In this document: positions 27,691 to 41,717 of the stretch, piece after piece
How positions within the stretch are numbered: position 1 is the first letter of the stretch
How the letters are laid out: every line of letters starts with the position of its first letter
From: Octopus sinensis
Lineage: Eukaryota
Assembly (NCBI RefSeq): GCF_006345805.1
Contig: NC_043004.1
Span: forward strand, 62,682,001-62,746,000
DNA length: 64,000 bases
Direction of reading: 5' to 3'
Program-made: the position numbers and the translations under genes
Notes under the pieces: model-generated
What the model was told of the DNA's origin: nothing
Seen by the model: only the letters and a program-made list of their open reading frames with translations
The model's database searches: none

Positions 27691-28705
27691 CCAGAATATC
27701 TTCAAGCAAAGAAGATAGATTTGTGCAGACATCTATAATTCTTTGTTGTGTACGAATCTAAGATTAATTTCGATTCATACAATTTTTCTTCAAACTTTAT
27801 CAGAAAAAGCATTAGAAAAAGTGTAACGTTTGTAACTTGTTATAGTCTCTGTGATGGAAGCAGGAATGGCAATAAGCCATGCCTAAAAGAGTAACAAACA
27901 ACAAATTTTCTACCATTCTTTTTTTAAATAATTTCTATTGCACTTTTATATTGTCGTGATGAAGTTATTGTAATACGAAGATGAGTGTTGAATGACAGAA
28001 TTGTAGTTTGTTCGTGATATCCGGTTTTATCCTTTCAGTACATTCTTTAGCAATTGTTCATGCTGAGTAATTTTGAAGCTCTGTGCTTCTTCAAAAATAC
28101 GTGAATTGCTCAGTGCTGAGAATACGAGAGTATAATATTTATGAGACACTCTGGAGCAGCTAAATTGTATGCATTTCATTTTTAATTGATGGAAGATTGC
28201 AGTGAAATCTAGAGGAATATGAAAAATACTAAAAGTGTGGACTGATATGATTTGATCAATATTTGGGCGGGAATCTAGGATGAAAGACAGTAGACATAAC
28301 AATAGTAGAACGGACGAGTTAATAGGTTTGATATGTTCCTCATAATTTCCGAAGAACGTTTTTCTTGTAATAGATATATAAGAAGGGGATATATACACGA
28401 TTAGTCGGGTATATACCCTATTCTTAGTTGGTGAGGATGCAACTCAGATTTCCCTTTCTATGAATTGAGAAGAGAATTGTTAGTGACACCTGTTGCCGGT
28501 GTGAGTGTGTTTGTGTGGTTGGGACAGCGAGTATGTGTATGCGCAGGAGCGTATGCCTGTAAGTTGGCTTAAGGTGTGTGAATGCATTCATGTATACGTG
28601 TATGCGCATGTATTTGTGCGTCTGAGAGCTTGTCTTGAACATTAATTTCTGGTGTGTGTATATTAGGCATAAATATATAATTTTGTGCGTATATGGAGGA
28701 CTGTT

Positions 28706-28747
<42 letters not shown>

Positions 28748-28758
28748 AATATATATTA

Positions 28759-28790
<32 letters not shown>

Positions 28791-29230
28791 ATGTATATAT
28801 GTATATATATAATATATAAAATATATATAAACATATATATATTTTAGAAGTTATAGATATACATGTGTATATATAAACATAAATGTGTAAGCTACTGTGT
28901 GAGTGTGAGTGAATTCAACAGTTTGTTTCTCCCAAATTAAACAAGTGCGACGGATTTCAATTTGAGGCATCCCCAGGCCCTTATGTTTTACTACTTTTAC
29001 TTTGCTTTATGTTTGCCGCATGATGATTGTTAAGAATATATAGCGATACGCAAACGCAGCACATTTCTGCCTTTACTATAAGTAACCTAAATTGTCCATG
29101 GAAGAAAGATTGCTATCTTTCATATCTATGTACCGATCATTCTCCCCTATTTCTGTGTATGTGTGTGCGTCTCCCTTTCTCTCTTCCTCTCCCTCCTTGT
29201 CTCTGTCTCGTATTGGTAAGACAAGCAGAA

Positions 29231-29329
<99 letters not shown>

Positions 29330-29338
29330 GTATATATA

Positions 29339-29377
<39 letters not shown>

Positions 29378-29449
29378 TATATATATGTTATATATATATA
29401 TACAAATATATACATATACACAAAATATATGTGTGTATGTATATATATG

Positions 29450-29482
<33 letters not shown>

Positions 29483-29708
29483 GGGGAGAGTGAGATACAC
29501 GCACGCACACACACACACACATATGTATATATGCATTAGTTATACTTTTGTAGAACAAAAGTAATTCACTGGTATCAATTCAATTCATATAGTATTATGA
29601 TAGGATATATAAAATAAAGTGTTTCATGTATTTCGAGGCTTCATACCGAATGTATACAGAAAAGAAATGCAATATGTTTCAATTTGACATTTACGTAATT
29701 TGATAAAG

Positions 29709-29758
<50 letters not shown>

Positions 29759-30514
29759 GTATACACACACACAAAGAGTGCGACTACAATGTATTGAAAG
29801 CTATTGCTTTTATAATTATCCCTGGCTATTTATGGAATATTTACAATCTTCTTGTTGACAATAACCAATGTGTATAACCCCCCCCACACTCACACATATA
29901 TATAAATATATATATGCTTGGGAATTCTCCACCCATATATATATATATATACATGTATTTTACTTGTTTTAGCCATTATACTGTAGCCATTGTTTGTAGG
30001 GTGTCGCTTTGAAGAGTTTTAATTCGAATAAATCAACGTCTGAAATTACTTTACTTGGAAACATGGCACATATTCTCTCGAATTTTTTTTAATTAACTCC
30101 TAATGTATTGTGATGTAAACATACAACTATCGGTTGTCAAGCGGTGGTTGGTGCCTAGCAGAGTCATAGAGATTTACATATATATAAATATGTAAGTATA
30201 TATGTATGTATATGGAAGATAAGACGAGGTGGAAACTTCTAAAATGCTTTTATCATGAAGAACATATCAGTACCGGTTTCTTTCTTTGCAAAATGTTAAA
30301 CTTAGAGTAAAACATGAAAAACAATTAAATTGAGGAAAAATTATATGAAATGTTTTTAAAACATAATTCCTTAGTTTTCAAATACAAGGAACATTTTCCA
30401 ATATTCTGTCTCCCTCTTTTTTACTGTTGTGAAGGCTTGTTAGTAGGTAGCAGGTGGTAGCATTTCTAAAAGAATACTTGATGTGTTATTGGCTTTGATT
30501 GTATAAGCAACAGT

Positions 30515-30810
30515 AGCCGAAGAAGAAGAAGAAGAAGAAGAAGAAGAAGAAGAAGAAGAAGAAGAAAAGGAAGAGGAGAGGGGATGAAAGGGAAGAAGGA
30601 GGAAGAAAGATGGAGAAGAAGAAGAAATAAGGAGGAGAGGAAGGACAAATAAGAAGGAGAAGATTTGAGAAGAAATGAGAAGAAAGATAAGAAAAAGGAG
30701 AATGAGAAAGAGAACGAGGAAGAGAAATAAGGAAGGGGAATAAGGAGAAGAGAAATAAGAAGGGGAAGAAGAAGGGAAGAAGAAGGAGAAGGAAGTGGAG
30801 GATGTGGAGA
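30515..30810. repeat. (GAA)n and polypurine low-complexity tract
   Basis: Read directly. Confidence 0.92.
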
Positions 30811-31071
30811 GCAGGATTCTGAACTACTTTGTCTTTCATTTTTGTCTTTCGTTGTTGAAAAAATTAGTTCATATTCCATGTATTCGTACTTCGTGTTTTT
30901 TTTGTTATACACGATTCATGACGTCCTGTGCCCACACACAAGCACACACACACACACACACATATATATAGATACGTATAAATGTAATTATGTACATGTA
31001 CGTATCTATATGTATGCATATATATATATATATATAGTGTGTGGTGATGTATGTATGTATGTATATATCTA

Positions 31072-31117
<46 letters not shown>

Positions 31118-31146
31118 CGAGAAAGAAGCAACAAGAATGGATAAGA

Positions 31147-31235
31147 TTTTAGTACAATCGTTTCATACAAAGACAGGTTTATTAAAAGTTGCAAAAATTG
31201 CAGCATATAACGTGCCCCGTACTCATCAGCTAAAA
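31147..31235 (-). ncRNA. Type I hammerhead ribozyme motif (left arm)
   Basis: Reverse complement gives UUUUAG-CUGAUGA-GUAC...GUAU-GAAAC-GAUU-GUA-CUAAAA. Confidence 0.75.
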
Positions 31236-32182
31236 TACATGTGAGTTCTCTAGACATCTTAGTGGTTGAGGCTATACTCATGAAGTAATGTAGATAATTA
31301 AGTAACATAAACAGATTTCCAAAGTTCATTAAAGTTCTTTAAAGATGATGTACAGTCTTATCACAGATTTTTAAAACAGTTTTAATAGCATCACAGAGAA
31401 GGTGACTTAATCCATAGTGTACATATGAATTTCCATAGATATGAGGAGGGATTACATACTCACAGACAACAAATTTATCCATGGCTAATCACAACGAGGT
31501 GGGTATCAATTCCTGCTTATTAGCATTACAGAGAGGGTGAATTAATCCTTTGTATAGATGCACAATTTCCAATGGTGTAGATGTAAATCTCCAGAGAAAT
31601 GAAGAGGAATTTCATATTCACAGACGATAAATTTATCAATGGTTGAACACAATGAGGTAGGTATCAATTCTTGCTATATGATTAGGTATTTGCCACATTA
31701 TTACATTAGCAGTAATGTAATTAATGTGGCAAATACCTAATCATATAGCAAGAATTGATACCTACCTCATTGTGTTCAACCATTGATAAATTTATCGTCT
31801 GTGAATATGAAATTCCTCTTCATTTCTCTGGAGATTTACATCTACACCATTGGAAATTGTGCATCTATACAAAGGATTAATTCACCCTCTCTGTAATGCT
31901 AATAAGCAGGAATTGATACCCACCTCGTTGTGATTAGCCATGGATAAATTTGTCGTCTGTGAGTATGTAATCCCTCCTCATATCTATGGAAATTCATATG
32001 TACACTATGGATTAAGTCACCTTCTCTGTGATGCTATTAAAACTGTTTTAAAATCTGTGATAAGACTGTACATCATCTTTAAAGAACTTTAATGAACTTT
32101 GGATATCTGTTTATGTTACTAATTATCTACATTACTTCATGAGTATAGCCAACCACTAAGATGTCTAGAGAACTCACATGTA

Positions 32183-32273
32183 TTTTAGCTGATGAGTACG
32201 GGGCACGTTTATATGCTGCAATTTTTGCAACTTTTAATAAAGCCTGTCTTTGTATGAAACGATTGTACTAAAA
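32183..32273 (+). ncRNA. Type I hammerhead ribozyme motif (right arm)
   Basis: Stem I UUUUAG/CUAAAA, canonical CUGAUGA 32189-32195, stem II GUAC/GUAU, GAAAC-GAUU-GUA; predicted cut after 32267. Confidence 0.75.
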
Positions 32274-32418
32274 ACTTATCCATTCTTGTTGTTCTTTCTC
32301 GCTTTAATCACCCCACATTACTGTATTGTTAAAACCGTATAGTTTTTTGGTGCATCTAAGTTAGGTACCATATTCAAGTAAATTCATTAAAATTGACTTG
32401 AATCTTTATTGTTTTTTG

Positions 32419-32479
<61 letters not shown>

Positions 32480-32589
32480 TACACAAATAGGGGAGAGAGA
32501 ATCCACTATGTGGACGCTCTTACGCTAGATATAGATCCAATGGTTACATACTTTTCTGTATCTAATGAAACTATTGCACCTATTTTCAT

Positions 32590-32898
32590 ATGTGATTTAG
32601 TAAAATACTCTGTAAGCCATTCAGGCGAAGTCTCTGGCGCTACGTGTATCACGTTGAATTTTTCAGCTAGTGTCTTATGTATTCCCGTTAGATATTTTAG
32701 CCAGATATCAGGAATCGTGTTGCGCCTGGATGCCTTGTTCTTGGTCAGTTTTTGAAGTGCCTGAATGACCTGTATGTCTGTTATAGGTGTCCAGAAACAT
32801 TTGGGTGTCAGGACATGTTCAGAATAGCCCAGAGTTGACCAGAGTTTACTTTTGTTTTGAATTTGTGCAAGTTGACTCTGAGTCTCACCCCGACTCAT
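32590..32898 (-). mobile_element. R4/Dong-clade RT N-terminal fragment
   Basis: IQVIQALQKLTKNKASRRNTIPDIWLKYLT..SPEWLT matches the pre-RT segment of RLE-type LINEs. Confidence 0.7.
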
Positions 32899-33061
32899 CT
32901 AGAGACAATAAATTAGATATTTTAATCAGATGTTATGAGTAGGATACTGTATATTTGATTCTGCACAAAGTATTGTCCTAGAAAATGTTCAAGAATATAT
33001 AAGTTTGTTTTCATATTTGAGATTACATAACTTACTATCTTCATCAGTATCCTCATCATTA

Positions 33062-33270
33062 AGGCGGCGAAGTGACATGATCGTTAGCACGCGGGACTAA
33101 ATATTTACCGGTATTCCGTCCGTCTTTTCATTCTGAGTGTAAATGCCGCCGGAGTCGATTTTGCTTTTTATCATTTCGGGGTCCATAAAATAAACACCAG
33201 TGAAATGCTGGGGGTCAATGTAAGCAACTTATCTTCTACCCTGAAACTGCTCGTCTCATGCCAAAATTTA
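33062..33270 (+). mobile_element. tRNA-derived SINE (family A)
   Basis: Starts GGCGGCGAAGTGACATGATCGTTAGCACG; homologous to the reverse complement of 1180-1345. Confidence 0.75.
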
Positions 33271-33399
33271 AAATCCTTGTTGTTGTTGTAGTGTTATTGA
33301 TATTATTATCATCACCATCAGCATCATTATTGTTATTATTATTATTAATATAATTATTATTGTTGTTGTAGTCGTTTTGTTGTTATTATTCAGTAGTCT

Positions 33400-34140
33400 T
33401 TTTATTATCATGTGATTTCACTGCACTACCGAGCGCAGCTATGTGTGCCTTGGGCATGTGGTTTGTTGGGATGCTCTTATTTTCACTGCATTGAAAATGT
33501 TTTGCGTGGGTGGTGTGCGGTATCTGGTAGAGCTATTTTCTGTATGCTATATATACTTGTAAGACCTGGTGTTTTTGTTATGGATTTGTCTGAATGTTTT
33601 TTTTTAAATCATACCTAATGCGCTTATTATGATACGAATATTTTCTCTTTATGGATTCCACATGGTATTGATAGATCGATTAAAAAGCATTTTTATTGCC
33701 GTTCTCTCACAACTATATCCGGTATACTGGCCTAAGTTTCTCTAACTGTGTGTATTGGCATATCCCATAGTATGGTTGATTTCTCATTTACGGTGACTTT
33801 TTCTGGTGTGCGCCCTTAATATCTTTTTTCCTGTTGTTATTCCATAGTGTTGGCATAGCTTCCAGTGTATATAAATTCCACATCTGTCGTGTCTGTGAAT
33901 ATATTCCTTCTTAGCGAGGACTGGGCAACCAGAGACAATATGATTTATTGTTTTCTGTCTATCACCATATATTCTGAAGTTACTTGTAGTTCTTTTCATT
34001 ATGTGTTTTTTGTTGACTTCAGGTGGGAAGATTTTTCTCTTTTGCTGGTGTTAAAAATCCTTCAGTCTCTGCTTTGTGTCCTGCAATTCTCAGCCATTTT
34101 GGGGATGTTGCTTTGTCTACTTCCTTTCTGTTTTTATTAT
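33400..34140 (-). mobile_element. R4/Dong-clade 3' fragment (zinc knuckle and C-terminus), internally deleted
   Basis: KWLRIAGHKAETEGFL; TINHIVSGCPVLAKKEYIHRHD; IISALGMI..IQKIAL; ends in an (AAT/AAC)n tract. Confidence 0.85.
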
Positions 34141-34589
34141 TGAGTGAGAGAGCAGTGCTGTCCGTCAAAGTGACACTAGGACACCAAGTATACACATCAT
34201 GACTTCCCGTCTCATAAGGGTTCACCAGGCCCACGCATCACAACAATATGTGCGCGACTTGGTGATTCCATATCAAGAGAAACAACGCATGAACTTACAG
34301 GTGGTGCTCAGTCAGTTTTTTCTTCAAGTTGAGTAGGCCATCTCGCTCAAAAGATCCCTGGATAAGGGGTGTTTAAGGATATTTAACGAAACACTCATAT
34401 TTCCAAAGGTGAATTATCCAAACCCATGTTTCAGAAGGTTAATTATCTAAATACCACAGAATTTCTCTCGACACATGATTATGATGCTCTCCCACTGCTT
34501 CTGCTCGTGATCAGAGATGCACATATAGTAATATCGTATTATGTGCAACGCGGGTTTGTACAATCTGTGAAGTCGCCACAGGGACCTAA

Positions 34590-34750
34590 GTCCAACAATA
34601 CTTTGCGCAATATGCATGAAGTTCCAAGTACTGCTGATTTTTGCAATACATCTAAGTTATCCAAATATTCCTTGAGCGTGTATAGTATTGAACCCAATGC
34701 ACCGATGACAACAAGCACAACCTTTATATTTGATTCTCGTAGCTGACATT
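34590..34750 (-). mobile_element. R4/Dong-clade C-terminal fragment (second copy)
   Basis: Minus strand reads KVVLVVIGALGS..VLQKSAVLGTSCILRKVL. Confidence 0.8.
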
Positions 34751-35334
34751 TCTTGCTGAACTCACTTCTCGTGTTTGCATATTTATCAATCTTTTCTCTT
34801 ATTCAATTCAATAATTGTCAGTTAACTTTTTCTTCTCCGTGCACTTTGAATGGTCTTAAATTTGCGTTTAAGTAATACGGGCACACGGTATATTCTCTTA
34901 GATTTATCTGCAATTTAGAAACACACCGAAGTATTGCAAATCCTATATTACTAAAATACCAATATATAACAGTGTGTTTTTAATGATACTTCATGTATTT
35001 CCACTCGAACATATCTGAAAATAGCATTTATATAAATGCAATTATAAATGACATCACCAGAGACAGAAAGAGGAGAAGTTTTGCCTTCCTAAACATAGGA
35101 TTGTTTAGTTAAATATCGCCATATTGGATGTTGTGGAATGAGGAATTGCCATTTATAGAACAATAATATGTGTAAATATCGAAGTTGTCGAGCTATTAGC
35201 ATCCTTAGTAAGCCGAAAGCCGAGCAATGGTCAAATTTGCTTTTCATTATTTCGGTATCGATAAAATAAGTTGAGCAACGATGTAATCGACATATACTCT
35301 CTTCCGAAGAAATTGCCTGAGTCTAAAATTGAAA

Positions 35335-35369
<35 letters not shown>

Positions 35370-35515
35370 GTTTATAATTTTTATGTGAAGTCGTGTGTTG
35401 AAATAAGATTAAGATTAATGTAAAAAATAAATAACACTGAAGCAAAATAACACCAAATATATAGTGCGTGTGTTTTTATTGGCTAAACTGGCAAAATGAC
35501 CATTCCGAAATACAT

Positions 35516-35574
<59 letters not shown>

Positions 35575-35837
35575 ATATAAATATATATATATATATATGT
35601 ATAAATATATATATAATATATGTATATAAATTAGAAAAAAACACCTTAGATCAATTCAAAATAAACAATTAAATTACACCATCTAGAGAATTACATATAA
35701 TAGAATATTAAAATTAAATTAACAATAAAATATCAATGATTAAGTAAATATATTATATTGTGTGAAATTTAATTTAGTATTTCTAAATTGAATTTTTTTC
35801 CCTTTAAGTCTGGATTTATATTCCCTCAAATAATAAT

Positions 35838-35876
<39 letters not shown>

Positions 35877-36115
35877 CACACACACACACAACACACACAT
35901 ATATATATATATATATTATATATATAATATATAATATATATATATATGTAAATTGTGTATTATAATACACAATTACTGCGCATTTACCGGAGTTTCTACC
36001 TTTGAATAGGTCGCTTCATCCGTGTTACTTGCGTGAATTTTGCTACCCTGGTAACTGTTTATGAATTTTCAATGTTAATGGTAAACAAAGGATAATGCAT
36101 TCATCCATTATATAT

Positions 36116-36220
<105 letters not shown>

Positions 36221-36886
36221 TCTGTCTTTTCTCACTCCATACTAATATACAACCGAATATAAGTTTTCAAATACTTTTGGAAATCGATAGAATAGCATCA
36301 AAATAATGTAATGTTTTCCGTCTCTCCTATCCGTGCCTCTCTTCTCTCAGTTCATGAATCAATCTGCCCGTCTCTCAGGAGACGTCACTTACGTTTCAGT
36401 GAAAAGCTTGTTGACATCCCGATAAAGACAGTCCTGTACTACATGGAATTACTTAGAAAAAATAAATACCAATGACACAATGACTGTTTCGACAGTCATG
36501 TATCCTATCACGACAGCAATGGTTTGAATGCCGCTGAAACATTTGAGGTTTACATATGTCTGCCATGGAAATTTAAATAACCAATGTTTATTTTTCCCAA
36601 AATTCCGCACGAAACACATCGCTCAGTCCGAAAATCGTTGTTCTGCCGAAATATCTTGCTTTCTACTTTTCTAAATGTTATCAATTTTGTGACTCAGCTT
36701 TTTAGTAATTCTCATCCTTGGGACATTATCCCATCTTGTGGGAACGTATCTTCTAACGCTTATCCCATCTTGTGGGAACGTATCTTCTAACACTTTCTAT
36801 TAATTTCTATGATTTATTCAGATGTTACATATAGACACAATCTGCACAGATTTTGTAATCATGGTCATAATCTAGATTCACAGATT

Positions 36887-36921
<35 letters not shown>

Positions 36922-36964
36922 GTGTGTCTGTGTGTATATATATATATGTGTGTGTGTTTGTTTT

Positions 36965-37392
36965 ACCACTTACTTACTTCAGTCATTAGACTGACACCAT
37001 GCTGGACTACTCACTTAAAGACATTTTTTCGTATAATTTTTCTGAAGCCTGGTACTTACTCTATCTGTTACTTATACTGAACCGCTAAGTTACGGGATGT
37101 CAAAACAGCAACGGCGGTTGTCACGCTGTGATGAGTGACAGTTACTGGCATTAAGACACACACACACACACACACACACGCATATATATATATATATTTA
37201 TGTATATATATAAATATATATGGGTGGGGGGTACGAAGGGCTTCAGTTTCCGTGCACCAAATTAATGACGGATATTTGGTCGGTCCGAGAGTATATTACA
37301 AAACACTTGCCCAAGGTGCCACACAGTGGGACGGAACCCAAATCCATTTTCTTGGGAAGCAATCTTCTTACCATACAATCACGCCTGCACCT
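36965..37392 (-). mobile_element. SINE family C copy with internal microsatellite
   Basis: Head and core at 37225-37392 (CCTTGGGCAAGTG on minus); tail at 36965-37130 (reverse complement of CCAGCATGG..GACTGAA). Confidence 0.7.
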
Positions 37393-38959
37393 ACACACAA
37401 ACACCTACACACACTCACATATACATATATATGTATATATGTAGGTTGGCAGGTTGGAAGAGAGAGAGAGAGGTACGGAAAGAGGAATAGATTAATGCGC
37501 ATAAATACATAAAGTCACATAAAATTCGGCTTTTGAAGATACATGTTTTATATCATCTGAGCATGTGCTAATTTACTCTGATTGAGAGATTATTGGTAGA
37601 AGTAATCTCGTTTATTGTTGTTCGTGAAGTGAATACTTCCTGTAGATTGTCTGACAGTTTTATTGAATATTTATTTTCCGAAAATAATATAACTTTCATT
37701 AATTTATTCTAGGAGCATTCTGTAATAAAACTGGCTTCAGCAAACAATACGCATATTTAGTACGTATTTCCTATGTGAATTTACTGGTAAATTTGTTGTT
37801 TCAGAATATAATTTCGTTTGGGTTTATGTTTGTCACCTTCCACTCGTATAATCCTCGCAGAGTTGTCTGTGACCAAGTTTCGATTTCACCTTTATAGCTT
37901 TGTAGTATTTACATGTCGATGCTGTTTAGATGTAATGAACTGGGCAAATTTCATCAGTCTAACACCTAATCTCAATAGTGTTTATTCCCTGCGAAGTCTG
38001 ATCACGATTAATAGAGATTGTAGCACTTTATTTCTTTCTCGTTCACTCTTTCTTTCATCTCTCCCCCCTCTCTCTCTTTCTTTCTCTATCGTGTAAGGGA
38101 GGAATCGATATATATTTAGAATTGATTCTATACAACAGTAACACGATACATCTAGGAGTAAATATGGCACGTAGGTTGCATGCACAGTTTCATTTCACAG
38201 TTGTATTAATTGTTGTTGTCATTGTTCATGTTGCTATAGATTTTGTTGTCCTTGTATGTGATGTTGTGAGCAGGCAAACCACTGTTCGAAATTTTTCTAA
38301 TAGCGAAATTCCTAAAAATATTTGAAGTTTTTAATTTGATTTTTTTGTTATTTGATTACAGGAGTCTGAGCTGAAAAGGATTCGATTTCATTTTCTAGGT
38401 TAAGTAATTACCAACAAATTACTTTTTCTTTTATTTTTCACTATAAATAATAGCATTTGACATCAAAACGTCCTCCTCAAATTAAGTTTATGTGCTATAA
38501 TTCATTACCACCTGCAGCGAGATAAGACATTACAGCATTGCCTGAAATCAACCAGGTGACGTGCAGATATTTATAATGTAAGTTTTATCTAAAATTGATA
38601 ACATATGAAAACAATTTCAGTCTTACACTGTCGCATGCGCAGTCCGCCTACTGCTTACTTTCTAGTGATGATGAAAATCAAAATTTACTTAGGCCTTACA
38701 GAACTCAACGGTGCGTTCACGTATTGCCAGCGATTCTGTTTGTAAGTTTTCTCCCATCCAGTAGACACATTTCAAATTTCAACTTTGACCAATTTCGAAA
38801 ATGTTTGACTTCTCATATCATTTAGATTTGAATACATATCTCTTATTAAAATAATTAACGATATTATTAAGTCAGTAACCGATTGCAGGGCATTAATGAA
38901 AATACGCATGTTAAAATCTAAAATATTAAATACCTACTGGCTGCAGAAACCCGCGATAT

Positions 38960-39128
38960 ACTGAAGAGTCCGCGATATAAATTTACATATATTAGCAGTA
39001 AAATCAACAATATATAGATTCATATATATTAGCCAGAAAAAAATCAGTGATTTACTGAGTGTGCGATAAGTGAACAGTGATGTACTGAGTACGGGATAGA
39101 CGAAGCGCGATATAGCGTGGGACTACTG
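38960..39128 (-). mobile_element. pogo/Tigger-like terminal fragment
   Basis: Reverse complement starts CAGTAGTCCCACGCTATATCGCG, resembling Tigger-type TIRs; recalled similarity only. Confidence 0.45.
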
Positions 39129-40071
39129 CACATTATATGCGCAGAGCAACACTGTTAAAGTAAAACCAGATACCTGAATCCTTGTCTCTGTGACTTTAGC
39201 ATTATAGTTTAGTTGTTTTCAGTAAATAAAGAACGGCTAGATACGTTCGTAGACTGAATTACAACTCAAAAGCTTTGTATTAAGTGTTTATACATCATTC
39301 AAACATAAACCTATTTTGTAGTTACCTCTTAACAACGTACGCACAAAGCCACAACTTGCGGTTAGAGAAGAGGATAGTATTTGACATCGAAAGGCTAAAA
39401 AGCAAAAGTATCCATCCACTCTACTCACTCAGTCCGACAAAAAGATACCTTATAAAGATTGTCTTTTCTTTAATGTTATATTTTATAATTTGTAACATAT
39501 GCTACAAATGTGATGATAGCAAAAGTCAATAATAAAATAATTTAACCTCAGTATCTGACTGGTGCTTATTTTATCGATCTGGGAACTCTCAGTGGAGTTT
39601 AAACTCAAGAAAATAAACATCGTTTCTGATTTAGGACTTCATAGGAGACGAAGATAATTCTAATTGGACAGATTCGTTCGAAGATGGATACCAGGAGTGG
39701 TGGAATTTGTTATAACAATGTAACTATAAAATTTAGCATGAGTAGTTATTTCGAGCTGAGATTAGTGGCAGGTGTTTCTACGCATAATTTGTGTTAACTT
39801 GTGATAACAAGTCTGAGATTGCTAAAGAAAGAAAACTTAGTTGGTGCCAGAAATATATAAGGATATATTCTGCTTGAAAGGGCTTTTGTGGAACGAATAT
39901 AGCGAAAGCACGTGCTATTAACACTGTTTGAATATCTTCACACAAAAGATATTACAAGCGCATCCAGAAATAACCTTCTACCGCATGGAATACAATCTGA
40001 GCATATTTGTGACAAGATGAAATAATTAGGCGCAGGTTTATATTTTGGATAGTTTGCTGAAAACATCGCTT

Positions 40072-40112
<41 letters not shown>

Positions 40113-40334
40113 ATCAATATAGGGTGGCAAAAAAAATTTTGTAGAATTTTTTTGCCACCAGCGGCCTAGTGGGAAAAAATTAAATAGTCATAGACCATTT
40201 TTAAGTTCAACATCAATAATCAAGGAACGGCCATAATAGGCCATTCACCCACTAGAAATAACAGCCAAAGCTTCAACCGCAAATAAAAATCAATTCCGTA
40301 AACAGGAGAAAATTTAAAAAACATTTACCCTGTA

Positions 40335-40441
40335 ATTTCTTATACGATGCACCGTTTCATCTGCTGTTTAATGGTAACCTAACCTGATTAAATTAAATCA
40401 GGCCAATCTTCCATAGGCCCTCAGATTCTTCAGTAAGAAAT
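40335..40441 (-). ncRNA. Type I hammerhead ribozyme motif
   Basis: Stem I AUUUCUUA/UAAGAAAU (8 bp), CUGAAGA, stem II AUCUG/CAGAU, GAAAC-GGUGCAUC-GUA with palindromic stem III. Confidence 0.82.
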
Positions 40442-40975
40442 AGGCACAAGTCGGAACAGATATTTTCACGAGGCATTTCCGACCCTGCCAAGGTAATATC
40501 TGACCTAAAATTTTCAAATCATCGCACTCGCGCCAAATTTATCGGCAGCAAATAAATATAAGCCGTCGATTCCATTAGGAATTAACCAGAAAATTCATAA
40601 TTAATCAATATAGGGTGAAAAAAAAATTTTGTAGAATTTTTTTGCCACCAGCGGCTAGTGGGAAAAAATTAAATAGTCATAGACCATTTTTAAGTTCTAC
40701 ATCAACAATCAAGGAACGGCCATAATAGGCCATTCACCCACTAGAAATAACAGCCAAAGCTTCAACCGCAAATAAAAATCAATTCCGTAAACAGGAGAAA
40801 ATTTAAAAAACATTTACCCTGTAATTTCTTATACGATGCACCGTTTCATCTGCTGTTTATATTTATTTGCTGCCGATAAATTTGGCGCGAGTGCGATGAT
40901 TTGAAAATTTTAGGTCAGATATTACCTTGGCAGGGTCGGAAATGCCTCGTGAAAATATCTGTTCCGACTTGTGGC

Positions 40976-41082
40976 TATTCTTACTGAAGAATCTGAGGGC
41001 CTATGGAAGATTGGCCTGATTTAATTTAATCAGGTTAGTTTACCATTAAACAGCAGATGAAACGGTGCATCGTATAATAAAT
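40976..41082 (+). ncRNA. Type I hammerhead ribozyme motif (inverted copy, weakened stem I)
   Basis: CUGAAGA 40984-40990, AUCUG/CAGAU, GAAAC 41059-41063; predicted cut after GUA at 41074; stem I has mismatches. Confidence 0.7.
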
Positions 41083-41215
41083 TACAGGGTAAATGTTTTT
41101 TAAATTTTCTCCTGTTTACGGAATTGATTTTTATTTGCGGTTGAAGCTTTGGCTGTTATTTCTAGTGGGTGAATGGCCTATTATGGCCGTTCCTCCTTGA
41201 TTGTTGATATATATA

Positions 41216-41257
<42 letters not shown>

Positions 41258-41569
41258 TATAATATATATATATGTGTATATATATATGTATAATATATAT
41301 ATAGTTGTATGTATATATGTATATATATATAGCTATGTATATATGTATATATATATGTATGTATGATATATTTATATATATATGTATGTATATATATATG
41401 TATATATATAAATGTATATATATACATATATGTATGTATATACATATATGTGTATATATATGCATATAATATATATATGCGTACGTATGTATATATATAT
41501 ATGTATATATATATGCATGCATACATATATATGTATATATATATATATGTATGTATATATATATGTATG

Positions 41570-41601
<32 letters not shown>

Positions 41602-41654
41602 ATATTGTATATATATATATATATATATATGTATGCATGTATATATATATATGT

Positions 41655-41685
<31 letters not shown>

Positions 41686-41717
41686 GTATGTATATATATA
41701 TATGTATATATATATGC

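Larger units (their letters stand above)
31115..32304. repeat. About 1.19-kb near-perfect palindrome (arms 31115-31708 and 31713-32304, 4-nt spacer)
   Basis: The arms are reverse complements with only scattered mismatches and 1-nt indels. Confidence 0.95.
40112..41208. mobile_element. Hammerhead-containing repeat: about 1.5 tandem units of 491 bp (minus sense) plus an inverted partial unit, between (TA)n tracts
   Basis: Direct repeat at 40112 and 40603; 40859-41208 is the reverse complement of about 40215-40562. Confidence 0.85.

Noticed and set aside
34250-34560. Possible CRE-clade RT fragment (ILWYLDN on minus)
   Set aside because: One short motif with no collinear support.
36480-36499. 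Perfect hairpin ATGACTGT-TTCG-ACAGTCAT whose minus strand reads GAAAC-A-GUC
   Set aside because: No upstream CUGANGA/UUGANAA core or stem I, so it is not a hammerhead.
36720-36790. About 34-bp direct duplication; similar small duplication at 54960-55030
   Set aside because: Ordinary slippage-type duplications with no further structure.
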